The notes: a model not told the origin generated them from the sequence alone. Numbered from the stretch's first letter, positions 25,858 to 40,509 are shown. The stretch is 53,184 nt of DNA from Bigelowiella natans CCMP2755 (GCA_000320545.1 ADNK01000346.1:1-53184), one strand, 5' to 3'. Made by a program: numbers and translations.

Positions 25858-27386
25858 TGTTGTTGTAGTAATAACAGCTCAGCGTCTTTATGCTGTTGAG
25901 CACATCATCATCACCATCATCATCATCAAAAAATCAAAAACAGTATTGACTGCTGCTGCTGCTGCTGATGATGATGATGACAAATTGTGGTGTACCCCTG
26001 CTGATATCGCTTAAATGCGCGAAGAGACCTACTACACGTGAATGTGTGGTAAAAAAGACCACAGCACGATTCCTCCTCCTCACCCTAACCCATGATTATT
26101 ACCATCATCATCATCATCATCAGACATGGATAGGCCTTGAATTTCGCTACATCTTACTTTTGGCCAATATCCTTGCTGTTGGGTATGTATGTATGTATAT
26201 ATGTACGTATGTATGTGTGTGTGCTGCTATGTATGTATGTATGTATGTATGTATGTATGTGTGTGTGCTGCTATGAAGAGGAGGAGGAAGGAGAGGGGGA
26301 AGAAGACGAAGAAGAAGAAGAAGAAGAAGAAAATGGGCGCAAACGAGAATTAGAAAATAATAAAATGATGATAATGTTAGTCTTCTGTCGTTGTCGTTGT
26401 CATTGTTGCTGTCGTAGTTTATTGTCAAATGACGTCGTTTGTTTGCTCAAGTTTTCAACTTTTTCTTTCATTTTCTACTCTTCCTCTCCTGCTGTCATTC
26501 TTGCCACTACTACTACTACTACTTCTATTACAACTTCTGTAGCCTTTATTTTGTCTTCTTCTTAGATACAGTACCGCCATCATAACTACTTACTACTGCT
26601 GCTACTTTTACCTGTTTCTATATTGCCTTCTCAGATACGCAATCACGTTTTGGAACATGAGAGCAGCTCCTGCAGTGACCCGGCTTTCAGTCGACTACCC
26701 GCATCCGGAAGTTGAAGAAGGAGGGGTGGGGGCAAAGGAAAATAATGATAATGACGCAGAAGGGCAGCAGCACCGTCGTCATCCTGACCATGATCTTTCT
26801 AGCAGTGTTAATAGCAGTAATATAGACAACGAGCCTTACAGGAGGACCAGCAATAACGGCCGCAATGGTCATCGATAATGATGATACTTAAGAGCCACCA
26901 ATGCAAGTGAATTTACAGATCGAATGAATGATGATGTGCCACCGCTAAGAAAACAATAAGAATAATACACAAAACAGCAGCTTGTTGTCCGTACTTGTCG
27001 TCAATTTCTTCCTTAATTATATGTTGTCACTTTACTACACCTACCCACCGTATCTTCCACTACATTCACATACATCATCTTTGATGGCGCAGGAGGACAA
27101 ATGGCAAAGGAGGAGGAGGAGGAGGAGGAGGGAAAAATCGGAGATGTAGTGGTATGCTATGTGATGATGATGATGATGATGATGATGATGGTGCTGCTTT
27201 TCTATGTTTTTCCAATAAAGGGAAGGAGGAGGTTTTATAAAAAGATAGTCGTAGATGTATTCTTTTGAATTGTATATGACTGTGTTGTCCATGGACAATC
27301 CCTCCCCTCCCTCCCGCTTAGAAATTGGAACTGACAACAAAAGAAAGGCTTTTCTTCTCCCTCTCCTTGTGGCAAATCACGGTACT

Positions 27387-27417
<31 letters not shown>

Positions 27418-27967
27418 AACGACGATGACATCAACAAGCTTAGAATCATGCATCATTACTTCCAGAATATGTGAGTAATAACTCCTCCTTCAACACTGCC
27501 TACCTCGATTTTACTCCGCTGCTTGACAACATTGATCTATTCCGTCTCCTCCTCCTCCTCCTCCTCCTCCTCCTCCTCCTCCAGGTCCCGTTAATTGTGG
27601 TGTACATGGCTGAGTATGCTGCTCAAGCCGGTGCTTGGGCTGCCATTGGTTTCCCAACACATGATAAATCAGCACGCGAACAGTTCTATGAATATGCGAA
27701 TTGGTGCTACCAGGGAGGGGTAAGTGAGCGAGCGATTGAGCGAAAACTAGAATTAGAATGATGATGATTATGATGCTGATGATGATGATGATGCTGATGA
27801 TGATGCTGATGATGATGCTGATGATGATTAGGAGGATAATAAAAGGGGGGGGGGGGGATAGGGCATAACAGGTGAACGTACGTAACAATCCTATCTTGTT
27901 GTTGTTGTTGCTGCTGCTGCTGTTGGTAGTACTGCTGCAATGATTATTCTCTTATTGTTCATTGCTG

Positions 27968-28005
<38 letters not shown>

Positions 28006-28093
28006 TGATACATCAATCATTCAATCATTAGGTCTTTTGCTCGAGATCATCGGGAGCAATTTGGAAGCCTGGGAAGCCTACACTCTGGGGGTT

Positions 28094-28124
<31 letters not shown>

Positions 28125-28884
28125 CTGTAGCCAATGTCGCTAAGGGAGAGGGGGGAGAAGTACATCTTTGCCAAACAACACGTTATTCTTTCTCGTATGG
28201 AAGGAAGAGGAGGAAGAATGATGATAATCATTATTAATTATAAGGATTGTAACAAGAGGCTGTGCATAAAAACTACACCACGCAAACATACTACTCTGAC
28301 AAACACAGAGAATTTCCCCTTCTTCAACAATGCTTTACTAGCTTGGTTTTGGGTCAAATGATGCTGCATTGTGCGTTGTTTAGGATGGCGATCGCACAGT
28401 GCTTTGTTCTCATATTCTTCGTTATCGATGCAAGATATCACATCTGGTGCTACTTCTGCTACTATTACATAGATTCTTGTAGTTGTTGTTTTAAACAGTA
28501 ATACGATTACTTCTACTACTATGATTAATCAGCGAATTCAATATATGATGATATCCTATTAAGATCGATTCCCCCACCCCCTTGTTACTACATCGCAGGT
28601 ATAACAATTCACTATTAGCTCTTGCATTCTTTACCGGGCTACTTGGAGGAGCGGTAGTGATAATAATAACAATTATAATTGTGATAATAGAGGATTTATC
28701 ATAACTACGAGGAAGACATACAGATATCATTGTGTATTAATTTTCTCATTCTTCTCATTCTTCTTCTTCTTCTTCTTATCTTCTTGTTTTCCTTAAGTCT
28801 AACAACTCCCCTACTCAAAGGTATACGTCAACGCTTTCCGTTTGATCACTGAATCGGTACAAATGACAACAATGATGATAATCT

Positions 28885-28918
<34 letters not shown>

Positions 28919-28974
28919 CACAGATTTATGCTAACCACGACTACTGCTATATTAAATCAAATACTACATAGTCA

Positions 28975-29007
<33 letters not shown>

Positions 29008-29346
29008 AAAGACATTAACATTTACGTGCACATGCTAACAGTTGCAGTTGTAGTAGTAGCTGCGAAAAGAACGTCCTTTATATTGATGTTTCCTCGTTTT
29101 CGAGGTGTAGATGTATTTTTGTAGTCCTCCTCCTCCTCCTCCTCTTCCTCCCGCCTTTACCATCCACCCCCTCCCAATAGGTCCCTTCGCGTTTAAAGGA
29201 GATAGCAATGACTGCAGGAGCGGTAAGAGAAGAAGCGGAGGATCATCATCACAACTGAACGAATGAATGTTCTCAACATGCTTTATTATGAGAACAGGGG
29301 GGGGGGGGGGGTACGGCAGTGTCGAGAGTAGGAGGATAATACATAC

Positions 29347-29384
<38 letters not shown>

Positions 29385-29428
29385 GCTGTATAATTGTGCC
29401 TCTCTTCCTTCTCTTTGACACAGCATTC

Positions 29429-29464
<36 letters not shown>

Positions 29465-29718
29465 GGTGAGCTCGGATTTCGGGACAAATCTTGGAGAGGC
29501 TTTAGCCTTAGGTGGTTGGTTGTTTGTGACTATATATTGTATTCTTCTCAAGTACACAAGGCGTGATGTATTGTACATTTCATCGAATTTGGTAGAAAAG
29601 CGCACCATGTATTAGTTAATCTTCATTGCATAACCTCGCAATATTAGTATTCTTACTTGCTACTCCTACCTCAGGGTTGCAGTACTATTTATATCAAGCG
29701 AACAATATTCACGAATAA
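23785..29718 (+). CDS. CLN3: Battenin (CLN3/BTN1) lysosomal/vacuolar membrane protein
   Basis: Spliced motifs FFLLGLINNSSFVIFAASAKEI, PSFCIRISAPYWFDRVSY, SGQQGLGEASFLSL, AWSSGTG.AGLFG, PLIVVYMAEY, YQGGVFCSRSSG, TGLLGGAVYVNAF. Last exon GLQYYLYQANNIHE, stop at 29718. Confidence 0.93.
24671..24770 (+). repeat. 49-bp tandem duplication spanning a 3' splice site of CLN3
   Basis: TCTTATTTTTTGTTCTTTCTCTTCYGCCACAG|GGATCTCGTGACCTTTT occurs twice, with AG at 24701-24702 and 24750-24751. Confidence 0.9.
25568..25690. repeat. Compound (GAA)n/(GAT,GAC)n microsatellite in a CLN3 intron, representative of many intronic SSRs: (GTA)n, (CAT)n, (GA)n, (CA)n, (TA)n, (GGA)n
   Basis: Directly visible. SSRs are dense in CLN3, CDK20, kinase, 3' TRP and CRAL-TRIO introns and sparse in the RPN8 and EF-hand genes. 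Confidence 0.95.
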
Positions 29719-30573
29719 AAAGCAGCACTAAAGCGATCGAAGCAAGGGAGAGAGATAGAAACGATGATTTTACTTTTGAAAAGTGACAGCAGAAGGGGCT
29801 TGGAAGAGCAATATTTGTTATTCACAAAATCCATGTTGTTGTATATATTGAGGACATGCTGCCAAGGAGTGCGACTGAGAGCCGTATATCGTTGTTCAAT
29901 GCGTATAAGCTTGCCCCAATATCGCCAGCACATGCACAAGAAGCTGCTGGCATGTAGTGTATAAAACGAGTATACGTCGTACAAATCGTATCTAACAGTG
30001 TCACTTCATCATTTAGTCGTCGTATGATTCGAGTTCTGTTCGTCAAGGTGTCATTTTCTGCCCACATGCATATTGCTCCTTGCCCATGCATTCACTAGCA
30101 AACTGTGGACAAAATGTTGTTGTCGCTTGCATCATACAGCCATGCCACCGCTGAAAATCTGAAGACAGTAGTATATGTACGCATGTCGGCGCATACTAGC
30201 ATATCGTGCATATGTGCATATATGCATGTGCAGATTTTACGAATTATATCTACCGTCGTACCAGCGTGCTAAGCGACCTCGCATCGTTGTAATTTTTTGT
30301 GGCGGGGTGCTGTTGCCTAGCAGTTTTGTAAAAAATTAATTATTTATGCTTGCAGCCGCATAGTTGCAGATTCATTGTTGATTCGAATTCGCGAGCGCGA
30401 GCTGTTGCATGTACGCATCGCATAACGAATGCGGCGCGCGCTGCATATGCATTTACGACGACATTCTCATGTAAGTTTGTAACATTGATCACAGTACGTA
30501 CATCCGTATCTACATCAAGTACCTTGCTTGTCTCTCCTCCTATGATTTACATGTTGGCCTAATTGTAGGACAC

Positions 30574-33500
30574 TCAGCCTGGGAGCGACATGCACACCTG
30601 GTTTTCTTGCTCTGTTTTTTCAGGGAAGCAACACCACCACCAATTCTTTCGCATCTTTCTCGTATCCTCTAGTTTCCCCCCGTCTGACCGCTCTTCCGAA
30701 CTTCTTCTGGGTTCTAAAATATGATACAGAGATTGTGAGGAAGAGATCCCAATATTAATCATATTGATGTGCTACTTCCTTGATGTAATTCCAACCTTTG
30801 CTATCATCACTTGAGAGCATGAGCTTAGATTTCTCAGCAGCAGCATCAGCAGCAGCATCACGTTTTGTTCCTGTAATATTCAGATAGTGGAGATGTTAAA
30901 ATAGATCTATTGATGACGGAACAATCGAAGATCTCTTTCATTCACTACCTGATCCTGAACGTGGGGTTCTTGTTCCAAGAAGTGTTTCATTGCTAAAGTT
31001 TGTACTACTACGTTCTGCTTCTTTGTTTTTCTTGCTTATTTCTTGCAATGCTGCGACTAGATCATCCTCCAATTTTGAGATTTGCTTCCTGAGTTTCCCC
31101 TCTCTCGCAAGCATTTGCCGGTTTTGATCTAAAAGAGCCTCGTTTTCAATCCGGAGTTTCTCTTTAACTTCATCTTCCTTCGTTTGTGCGTAGTAGAAAC
31201 ATCAAATAAGGCAGAGAGAAATATAAGAATGTATGCTACTAATAGTCTACTACTACTACCATGTCCAACAAGAAATACATACATACACAGATGACACTTC
31301 CAATCATCCTCCACACACTCTTTGTTCCTGTGCAAGTGTCTACTTAAATATATACGACCTTCACAGAATGAAGCTGGTTGTTCAACAGTTTTGAAGAGGC
31401 ACGCTTATATTTTGCTTCCCGCTCAAGTTTGCGGACACGATCACGAGAATCAAGAAGGATTTTGTTCATCTGCGCAAGAAATAATACATTATAACTTGAT
31501 TCTGTGAACAACCGTTGTGTCTGCATTCTTGTCTTGGGTAACAACATTTTTAATCAATCGTCGATTGGGAAGAGCACAATGTTAAGACCAACGTCCGACC
31601 TCTGCCATCTTTTTCTTCAGCTCCTTATTTTCCTCCTCGAGCACACGAACATGCGGCGACGTTTCTTCATTAAGCACACATATACTATTCACTACTACTT
31701 CATTAACAAATGTGGACAGTTATGAAGTTAGAAGCTACCGCAAGAAAGCTGTGTTTGTCCCGTGTGTGGATCTTGAAATCCAGGGCGATCATGCGGAGAC
31801 GGCAATACATTACCTTCATCCTTCATCACGGGTGACGCAATCGTATGGCCGGCCTAAAGCAAAATCAACAGCACTACCAGTTACACAGAACATAAAGCTG
31901 AAATGTGTACACGCATTCCCCCCGGGCTAACTTCCATCATCATCATTAGCAACTAAGTATTCTTGTTGTCTCGTAGATGACACATCCTTCTCGTCATCTT
32001 TTTTTTGTTACTAGGTTTATGTAGTAGACATTACTTGGGCAAAACTACTGGTGTTGCTGTCGTGTCTGTCTAACGTGAGAGTGTAAGAGCTCTCATTTCC
32101 CCGAGAAAGGTAATAAGCAGAAACTAAGAGAAGATAATAATGCTCGTTAGTTGACGATAGATAGAACGTAGCTGTGGTAGGGAGAATAGCTGCTTGTTGA
32201 ATCCTTCATTGCACATGATGTCGCTACTATCCACTCATATACCGTGGCTTGTATTTCTGGAATGTGAAGGAGCATTCTTAAATTTTTCCAACTTCGCACG
32301 AAGAGTTTCTGTATCAAGCTAAGAATGATAGCCAACCGTCAGTGTGCCAGTGAGACAATACATCAAAACATCAAACTGTTTGGTTTCAAGGGACCTTCAG
32401 TCTATTACACTCCATCGTCAGCCTTCGCTCTGAGGTTTTCGCTGCAGAGTCATGTGCGGATAATTTCGCCTCCAAATCGCCAATCTTTTAGGAACAACAA
32501 GTATGAGAAAACAAAACAGAACAACGATGAATTTGCTACAACTAAGGAAAGATTGGAGCAAATTTTTTTTCTAAATTGCAAGAAACTTCACACCACCTGA
32601 TTTTTCAGCTTATTATTCTCAACCTCCAGCTCGGCGCATTTGTTTTCTATAATATTGTCATCGATGGACATCTATGATAGAAGAAAAGAGAGTTGAAGAT
32701 TCTGTGGTGATGATGATGATGATGACGATGACGATGATGCTAGTAATGATGGTGATAATAAGGACTGCGACCGAACCAACGATGATATTACCAAGAGTTG
32801 GATATTGAATTACGTAAATAGAATGATACGTAACATATATTCTATTTGAATATGGTTGCGAAGCATTCATAAAGAGATATTGCAGGTTTTTATGGGGTTA
32901 TGGGACAACGCACAGCAGAGACATTTGCAGAAAATAAGCAATATATCTAAAAAAACTACTGGAATAGCAATACTCTTGTCATTGTATTGTTGTTCTTAAC
33001 ACTTCTTCTAGAATCGTAGTCACCTTCATGCTGGTATTTGATACCGTCATATCAGGAATATTGACATCTATTTTTTCATTTAACTGTGGCAGTTGTGAGC
33101 CAGAATACGTCACGAAATCCTCCCCTTATCAACATCATCAGTAGTGTTAAGGAACCCCCTTCTCGAAAATCTGTTATTTCTACCGCATAGTCACTGCACA
33201 ACCTTGAAGGGAGATCTTGCTTTCTTGGCGGACGGCTTCATTTGGATGTTGTAGTTCACTTGATCTTCGACTTTGAAAGCGGCTATACACATCCCTCATG
33301 TCATTGAAGAATGCGTCATCATTTTCATCAGGACTATCTCCCTTGTTCTCAGCTAGATCATTAATATTGCTGCTGGGATCGTCACGAATCTTCCGCAAAA
33401 TAGAACAGAACTCCTTGAAAGTGATCTTTTGCTCCAAAGTATTCTCGACTTCCTTAAGAACCTTGTTAATGAGCAGCATCATACTTGGTGTCAGATTTCT

Positions 33501-33847
33501 AGCTTTTAAAAGATAAAATATTTTCTACTGAGCTCGAATCGTTGTGCAGACCGATGAGGGAATGTGATCACATTCTTTGAGTTCCTCTACTGTAATGTGC
33601 CCGGTGCTGGTTGTGTCGAGAATATCGAATATCTGCTTAAATCTTTCCTCCTCCTGCTCTGCTAACGATGATCCCCGACTCCTCCCACCTGCAACAAGAG
33701 AGAAATTATTGATGTTGTGTGAACTACGAAAGCGATGATGGATCACCATCATGAGAACAAGTAGATGAGAAGCATACGATTTGGAATGCCTTTTCGTAGT
33801 AAGTCTACCAAACGTTTATTACAACCTGATAGTGTTGGTTCAGCCAT
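30574..33847 (-). CDS. EF-hand plus long coiled-coil protein
   Basis: ATG 33847 (MAEPTLSG). EF-hand FKQIFDILDTTSTGHITVEELKE and degenerate second hand KITFKEFCSIL. Heptad exons NKCAELEVENNKLKNQ/IGDLEAKLS..CNRLK/LDTETLRAKLEKFK, VLEEENKELKKKMAE, KLRKQISKLEDDL. Ends KNWWWCCFPEK...SLPG. Confidence 0.7.
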
Positions 33848-34669
33848 GCCTCTCGCCTTACCCGCAGCTTCAAAAACTGAGATAATTAATTTCCGAAGCA
33901 TGAGTTTGCATTATGACAAGTCCCCCCCCCCTTGCAACATCGCTTGCAGTAGGCAGCCTTCTAAAATGTTCCGAATTTCACGAAAAGTGTTATTTCCGTC
34001 TAATGTGCTATTCAAAAAAAGAGATGGCGGCTTCTAGATATGATATCAAAGGATCTCTCTTGCTTTTGCTCCTCTTCTTTCTTCCTCCTCCCGCCCTTCC
34101 TCCCTCCCACCCAGTGGCACCACCTATTTGATCTACTGCTGCTGTTGTAACGGCCACGGCTCACACGCTCCGAGAGAAGGATTGCAGTTGGCGTTTCATG
34201 TTCCTTCTTCATAGTTTGGCAGGGTTTTAGAACACATTTTAAGCCGATAATATCTCATAATTTTATTTAATAAATTTTTAAAATATAGTTTATCGGGATA
34301 ATATCCGATGTTATTTGTTAGTTTTAGAAAGTATTTTAATGGTACAATATCAGAGGATAGTATTTAGGGTTAGTTCATCATCGTGCTTCTTCCAATACAT
34401 TATGTAGACGGACATTGTGAAATGTCGTCGTGACAAAACGCAGTACATTTTAGTAATATTGCATCATATAATGGCCTGTCTCCTGTGTCTTAACGCTTCG
34501 ACAGAACGAAGAAGACTGAAGCACGAACAAGAATGATGGTGCTCTTCTTTCATCACTGATCTCTTCGCCATCCTTTCCTCCCATCACTCATCCCTCTCAT
34601 CACTCTCAACAGGAACGTGTCCTATTCTGGACGATTATATAAAGAATTCAGCAATAATTATCATACGAA
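33848..34669. promoter_or_regulatory. Probable bidirectional promoter (EF-hand protein / CDK20)
   Basis: About 820 bp between divergent ATGs, with a very AT-rich core around 34240-34370. Confidence 0.5.
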
Positions 34670-35856
34670 ATGAATATTGAGAAGGAAGGGGAGGGGAAAG
34701 GCGAGCATGCTGCTGTTTTTGAACAAGATTCAAAGCGAAATCTTCCTGCAGATGAAAAGGTGGTTGCAGCAGCGTCACCAGCTGAAGAAGGAGCCATTTC
34801 CTCTCCATCCCTGCGCTCTTCCCCCAATACAAACAGCTATATGATTACAAGTTTACAGAGCAAGGACGCTGCAACTTCTTCTTCCCAAGGCGGGATCGAA
34901 AGTCAGAGAAGCAGCTCCATTTTAAAATCACGAACTACATCATACAACGTGCTGACGAGAATCGGCGAAGGGACGTTTGGCGAGGTGTTCAAAGCTACGG
35001 ACGCCAAGACTGGACAAGTATGTCAAAGCTGCTGTGATTGATAGGGGTTTAATTCGAGAGATGAATCGATACACGACGAACGAGTGATGATGGCGTGATG
35101 ATTACTCTTGTGGCGGAAACAAAGCTGACCACCCCCCTGACTCTTTAAGGTTGTTGCTCTAAAGCGAATCCGGATCCCAAACGCACAACAGCAGGGTGTT
35201 CCCTTGAGCCTCATTCGAGAAATCAAGGGACTGACCCAGGTAAGCAAGCTTAAGCATTAATATCACATGTCTTGGACAATTAAGTTTGTGTTTGGAACTG
35301 TGTAGTTCTCATATGTAGTGATAGCGATATGATAATGTCATAAAGCGGCAGCTGTTTCGCCATATTCATGTTGGTATCATCCCAATACATGCATATATTT
35401 TTCTATCATGGGTTGCTCTGGAATCGCATACCAAGAGTAAACGTACAATCTTGATGACTTCCTCCTTGCGTACTTAAAAGCCATTACGTTTTTTGTCAGT
35501 TGGAGGATCCACACGTGATACACCTTTTTGATCACTTTCCGCAGGTAGTAAGGTGTCGTATCATCCTGTTTTCGATTTATGGCATTTTGCACTGAGAAAC
35601 TAATAATAGACAGACGTCGATATGGAAGATGATTCGGAACAACAAACTCAATTGATAGGAACACAGTCACAAGAGACATGCTTTTTGCTAGTGATGAGCA
35701 AAATCATTATATCGCTTGTTCAACAACAAGAATAGCCATCATCATCATCGTCGTCATCATCATCATCCTTCTCAGGGCTCTTCAGTGATTCTAGTTCTTG
35801 AATATATGCATACCGACTTGGGACAGGTCTTAGCAAGGTGTGTCTGTTGGTGCTAA

Positions 35857-35899
<43 letters not shown>

Positions 35900-36509
35900 A
35901 CCATTACAAAGAAGAATGTATTTCTCCAAACAAGACCTTGTTCATGAATAGAAGGGGGTTATGTTAATGAAAGGGTATCATCACCGCCCCTCGATCATTC
36001 TTGAACAAGCTGAGCGGTGATAGTAGTAATGAGAAGATAATGATAGAATGTCTACTTCTTGATAGGTTAGCAGACCAAGGGAAGTCATTATCAGAAGCGC
36101 AGATTAAGACTATCATGATCATGCTTCTCAAAGGATTAGCTGCCGTGCATAAGGTGTAGTAGTAGTAGGATAAAGAAGAAGAAGAAGAAGAAGAAGAAGA
36201 AGAAGAAGATTATGGGGAGAATGAGGAGGAGAAGAAGGAGAATGGTTGATGATGATGAGGAAGGAGGAGGAAGGGAGAAGCATTTAATTAGATTGGTAGG
36301 TAGAAGGTAAGTAGCTAAGGAGTACAAACATCTATTCTTCCACATCATTTCACCTGTCTTATAGTATTAAAAAGCGATATATAGCGTGTGGTGGTATACG
36401 ACACGTCCTTTACATCTAATGCTGTGCATTCATTTCTTCAGTGCAACCTGATGCACAGAGATCTGAAACCAGCAAATCTTCTATTGACACAAAAAGGTAC
36501 TCCTCCTCT

Positions 36510-36545
<36 letters not shown>

Positions 36546-36984
36546 TATCCTTCTTGACGATGATTATATCAAAAACACAACCCTCTCCACTACGTGATTT
36601 AAGCATGTGATATGCTCTCTTGGGAGACATTTGTTAGCCTCCTGATGATACCTACCTGATATGATGATGATGATACTCGCCAGGCATTCTAAAGTTAGCT
36701 GATTTTGGGCTTGTTCGAGTAGTAAAGGAGAAGAGGAGGAAAGGGGGAGGGGATTACACACACGAAGTAGCAACAAGATGGTACAGGTTAGTACTAATAT
36801 CGGTGATAGCTGCAGTTTGAGTAGCATTACGAGGAGGAGGAGGAGGAGGAGGAGGAGGAGGAGGAGGCAAAAGGCGGTTTCACTGCATGCCTCTCTTCTT
36901 TCTTTCTGGTCTCCCCCTCTGATCAATGGCAGTAGCAGCAGCACATCTCCTTTCTCCTTAATTGTTGAAATATGGTGGTGTATT

Positions 36985-37020
<36 letters not shown>

Positions 37021-38138
37021 ATAATAGGGCACCTGAGCTTCTCTTCGGCTCTCGCAACTACGGTCAGGGAGTGGATCTCTGGGCGGTGGTAGCAATACTT
37101 CAACTAGAATATATACTATTGTAATGATGATGGAGATTGTTGCTTCTTGGCCTCCTCATCATCACCATCATCATCAATCAATCTCCACCATTGTTGTAGG
37201 GTTGTATATTCGGAGAGCTTATGAATCATATGCCGCTTTTCCCGGTTTGGTTCTATTCATCATCATCTTCTTCTTCTTCCTCTTCTTCCTCTTCTTCTTC
37301 TCATCACACCATCGCTAATTTTCAACGAACCACAACCGCACCACCCCGCTGTTTTAACTGGTGACGTTGAATGCACAATCAAATACCTCTTTAAAATCAT
37401 GTGTCCTCATGCTTTGTGGTGGTGGCGAAAACAGGGTCAAAACGACATCGATCAGCTCTCCGTTATATTTGAAAGTAGTACCAGCAGAACAAAGAGGAGG
37501 AGTGTGTGAAAGATGGCCTCCTCCCTCGCCAACATCGCTGCATGCGGCATGCAGATAGTGGCTGCTGCTGCTGCTGCTACGAATATCATAGCATCATCCC
37601 CATATTAGTATCATTATCATTATTATTATTATTATCATTAGTGTTATTACTAAAGAGAATAACAAACACAACTGCAGGCTTCGGTACCCCCACAGACGAG
37701 CAATGGCCTAGCATGAAGGACTTACCCGATTTCAAGAAAATCTCCTTCCCAGTTATGCAGCCTACGCCTCCACACAAGCTCCTTCCTTCTGCTTCAAAGA
37801 CTGCACTGCAACTTATTCGCCGATTATTGGGTAACAACTGTCTTCTCGTAAATAGTAGTAGTACACTGTTTGTTCATCATTTTTACATGTATCAAGTGAA
37901 TCATACATCTTGTGCGAATAATGATCGTCATCGTTGTTACTCTTCAGCCTATGATCCAGACGATCGTGTTGCGGCACACCTTGCTTTGCAGGAAAGGTAT
38001 TTCTATTCGGAGCCTTGGCCCGTTCACCATCTCAAGCTCAGAGGCACCATTGCTGCCGTGCAACAACTTGCTGCAGAAAAACGGAATGCTGTGTTTGAAA
38101 TAGATGCTCCGTTTAATTTAGAAGGTTTATTAGGATGA
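34670..38138 (+). CDS. CDK20: Cyclin-dependent kinase 20 / CCRK / LF2-like kinase
   Basis: [118 protein letters not shown]. The IMHRD-type loop, ELxN.xPLFPG and LPDxxKIxF segments match CDK20. Confidence 0.88.
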
Positions 38139-38764
38139 ACAAACTGCCATCATGATGTGGGGTTGCAGCAATTATGCTAGTATGTAGCATATAGTATGTA
38201 GATGTTGCAAAATATGAGTAGGTGCTGCAGATATAATGATAGGGCCTAGGTGTGCACATGCCCTGTCAGCTGTGCACATGTCCTGCGCGCATCTACTACA
38301 TTGAAAGCATTTCATTATTCATTGGTGATTGATTGATGTAGTATCATGCAACATTGATCACGCGCACGCGCATAGGCTAGATGGGATGTTTACATGTACG
38401 TGCGACTGGCAAGATAAAGAAATGGAGTTGCGATGCAAATGAGTCTAGCGAGTGGCAAGCTCAGATTTGAACAACCATCCAGCAAGCTAGCAAGCAGCAA
38501 GGTGGCTCACAACATGCACATCTAGACATTAACTAACCACAAGCACCTATTTGGATAGGAGGCAGTTTTGATGATAGCAATGCACTTCTTACAACATCAA
38601 CATAGCTATGGCCACTTATGATTAAACTCTCTCACTGCTGTAATGCACATGCACTCGTTCAACATACAGTCACCTAAATGATAATACACGCTCACATAGC
38701 GCATCCTGCATGTTTCACCACAAAGCAGACACAAGCTTAGCTTGATAATAAGCATTTGCGGTCA

Positions 38765-39371
38765 TCACGGACCGCCTGGTGGTGCGGGCTGTGCGTATTC
38801 AACTTCGAAGTCCTCTCCATGAGCATAATCAGATGCTGCTACAGCTCCCGGGACTGCCTCTCCATAATTTTCAACGGCAGAAGCAGCAGCGTAGGGAACA
38901 ACCTGTACATCGATTATGAAGCCCCAACGATGAAGTATTATTATTATGTCTTTCTAATTCATCGCAAAATCATGATACTAGGTGCTATGTCTTTACTACC
39001 TCTATGTCTCCAGACTGCTGATATGGCTGCTTGTTTGGTGGAAGAAACACAAGTAAGTTTCTGGTTGCGCACAATTATATAATTGATAACATAAATTTAT
39101 GTGTAACAGTGTCATTCTCATCCTTGAGAAGAATGTAAAGCTTCCAGGAGGCATTGCAAATTTACCTGCTTATCATTCAGCAGCATTCGGATCTTCCTCG
39201 CAAGAACGACAGCAGAGGGCCTAGCTTTGGTCTCATATTTAAGGCAATCTGCCACCAAGTCTCTACATACTTCTGGAGAGTCATTTGGGACTTTCAGCGA
39301 GACTTTTCCTTCTTTGATTCCCTAATATCCGGCGTTCATTTGAGGTGTAAATTGCACACCAACACCACCAG

Positions 39372-39403
<32 letters not shown>

Positions 39404-39732
39404 TTATCGCTTGACTGGTAGTTGTTGTGGTAGCGAAGTTAACAGCGAAATACCTTCACATGATCGTGTGCATTATTATTACCTTCATAACCTCAAGGCT
39501 CGATGATGCAAGACAGTGCTCCGCATAGGGAGTCGCGCCTTTTGTGAGAAGTTCCCACAACGTCACGCCGAATGACCAGATATCAGCAGCCTTATCAAAG
39601 CGATGCGTCTCTAGCGACTGGGGAGAGGTCCATGGCCATGGAAACTTGCTGGTGTTGACTTTGTAGGAGCTCTGTTTGGATGTATTGAGGTGTTAGCATA
39701 ACGTGTTGTTACTATCGACGATCGCAACAGTG

Positions 39733-39766
<34 letters not shown>

Positions 39767-40477
39767 GTTGGTGCTGGTGATAATGATGCTACCTATGCTT
39801 TTTGTGCTCTTTACGTGGGTAAATATGGTGCTGCCTGTTTCCTCTCATCTTCTTCTCATGCTCATGATCTTCATCACTATCACCACACACTGTCAAATTA
39901 TCCCACCTGATTGGCTGTGAGCTTCTTCGATAGGCCATAGTCACAGATGACAACACATCCATCCTCGGTCATCAGCAAATTACGGCATGCTAGATCCTGG
40001 CCACGACAACACAAACGGTCACACAACGACGATGCATTTTCACAAACACTCATTACTCGGTTCTCCACATCTCAACGACGACGTTCTGCTCGAATCCACT
40101 CGTCATAGGCATGTTTACACATAATCCCGACTGCTACTACTACTACTACTTCTGCTACCACTACTACTACTACCACCCTGTGAATGATATCGTTGGAATG
40201 AAGATGCTCAAGCCCATCAGCTATATTCGAGGCAATGACCAGAAACCTTTGGATGATGAAGGAACAAAGGAGAGGAAAGAGCGAATGAGGGCAGAGCGCT
40301 AAGTCACGGGAGAGAGTGAGAGGGAGGAAAATAAATCCATGTTTACTTCTTCTGAAAACATCCACGATATATTTACTACTACTCAGTATTGCTTTGCTCA
40401 TGAGGTGGGGACTACTCAAACATTTCCCAAATACACAGATGTGTGTGTCTCTTCAAATTTTAAAAAATATATATTTG

Positions 40478-40509
<32 letters not shown>

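Noticed and set aside
25479-26565. ORFs with poly-K/D/E/V/H runs (e.g. 25538..26014, 26137..26565)
   Set aside because: They are translations of intronic microsatellites within CLN3. Only short embedded exons are real.
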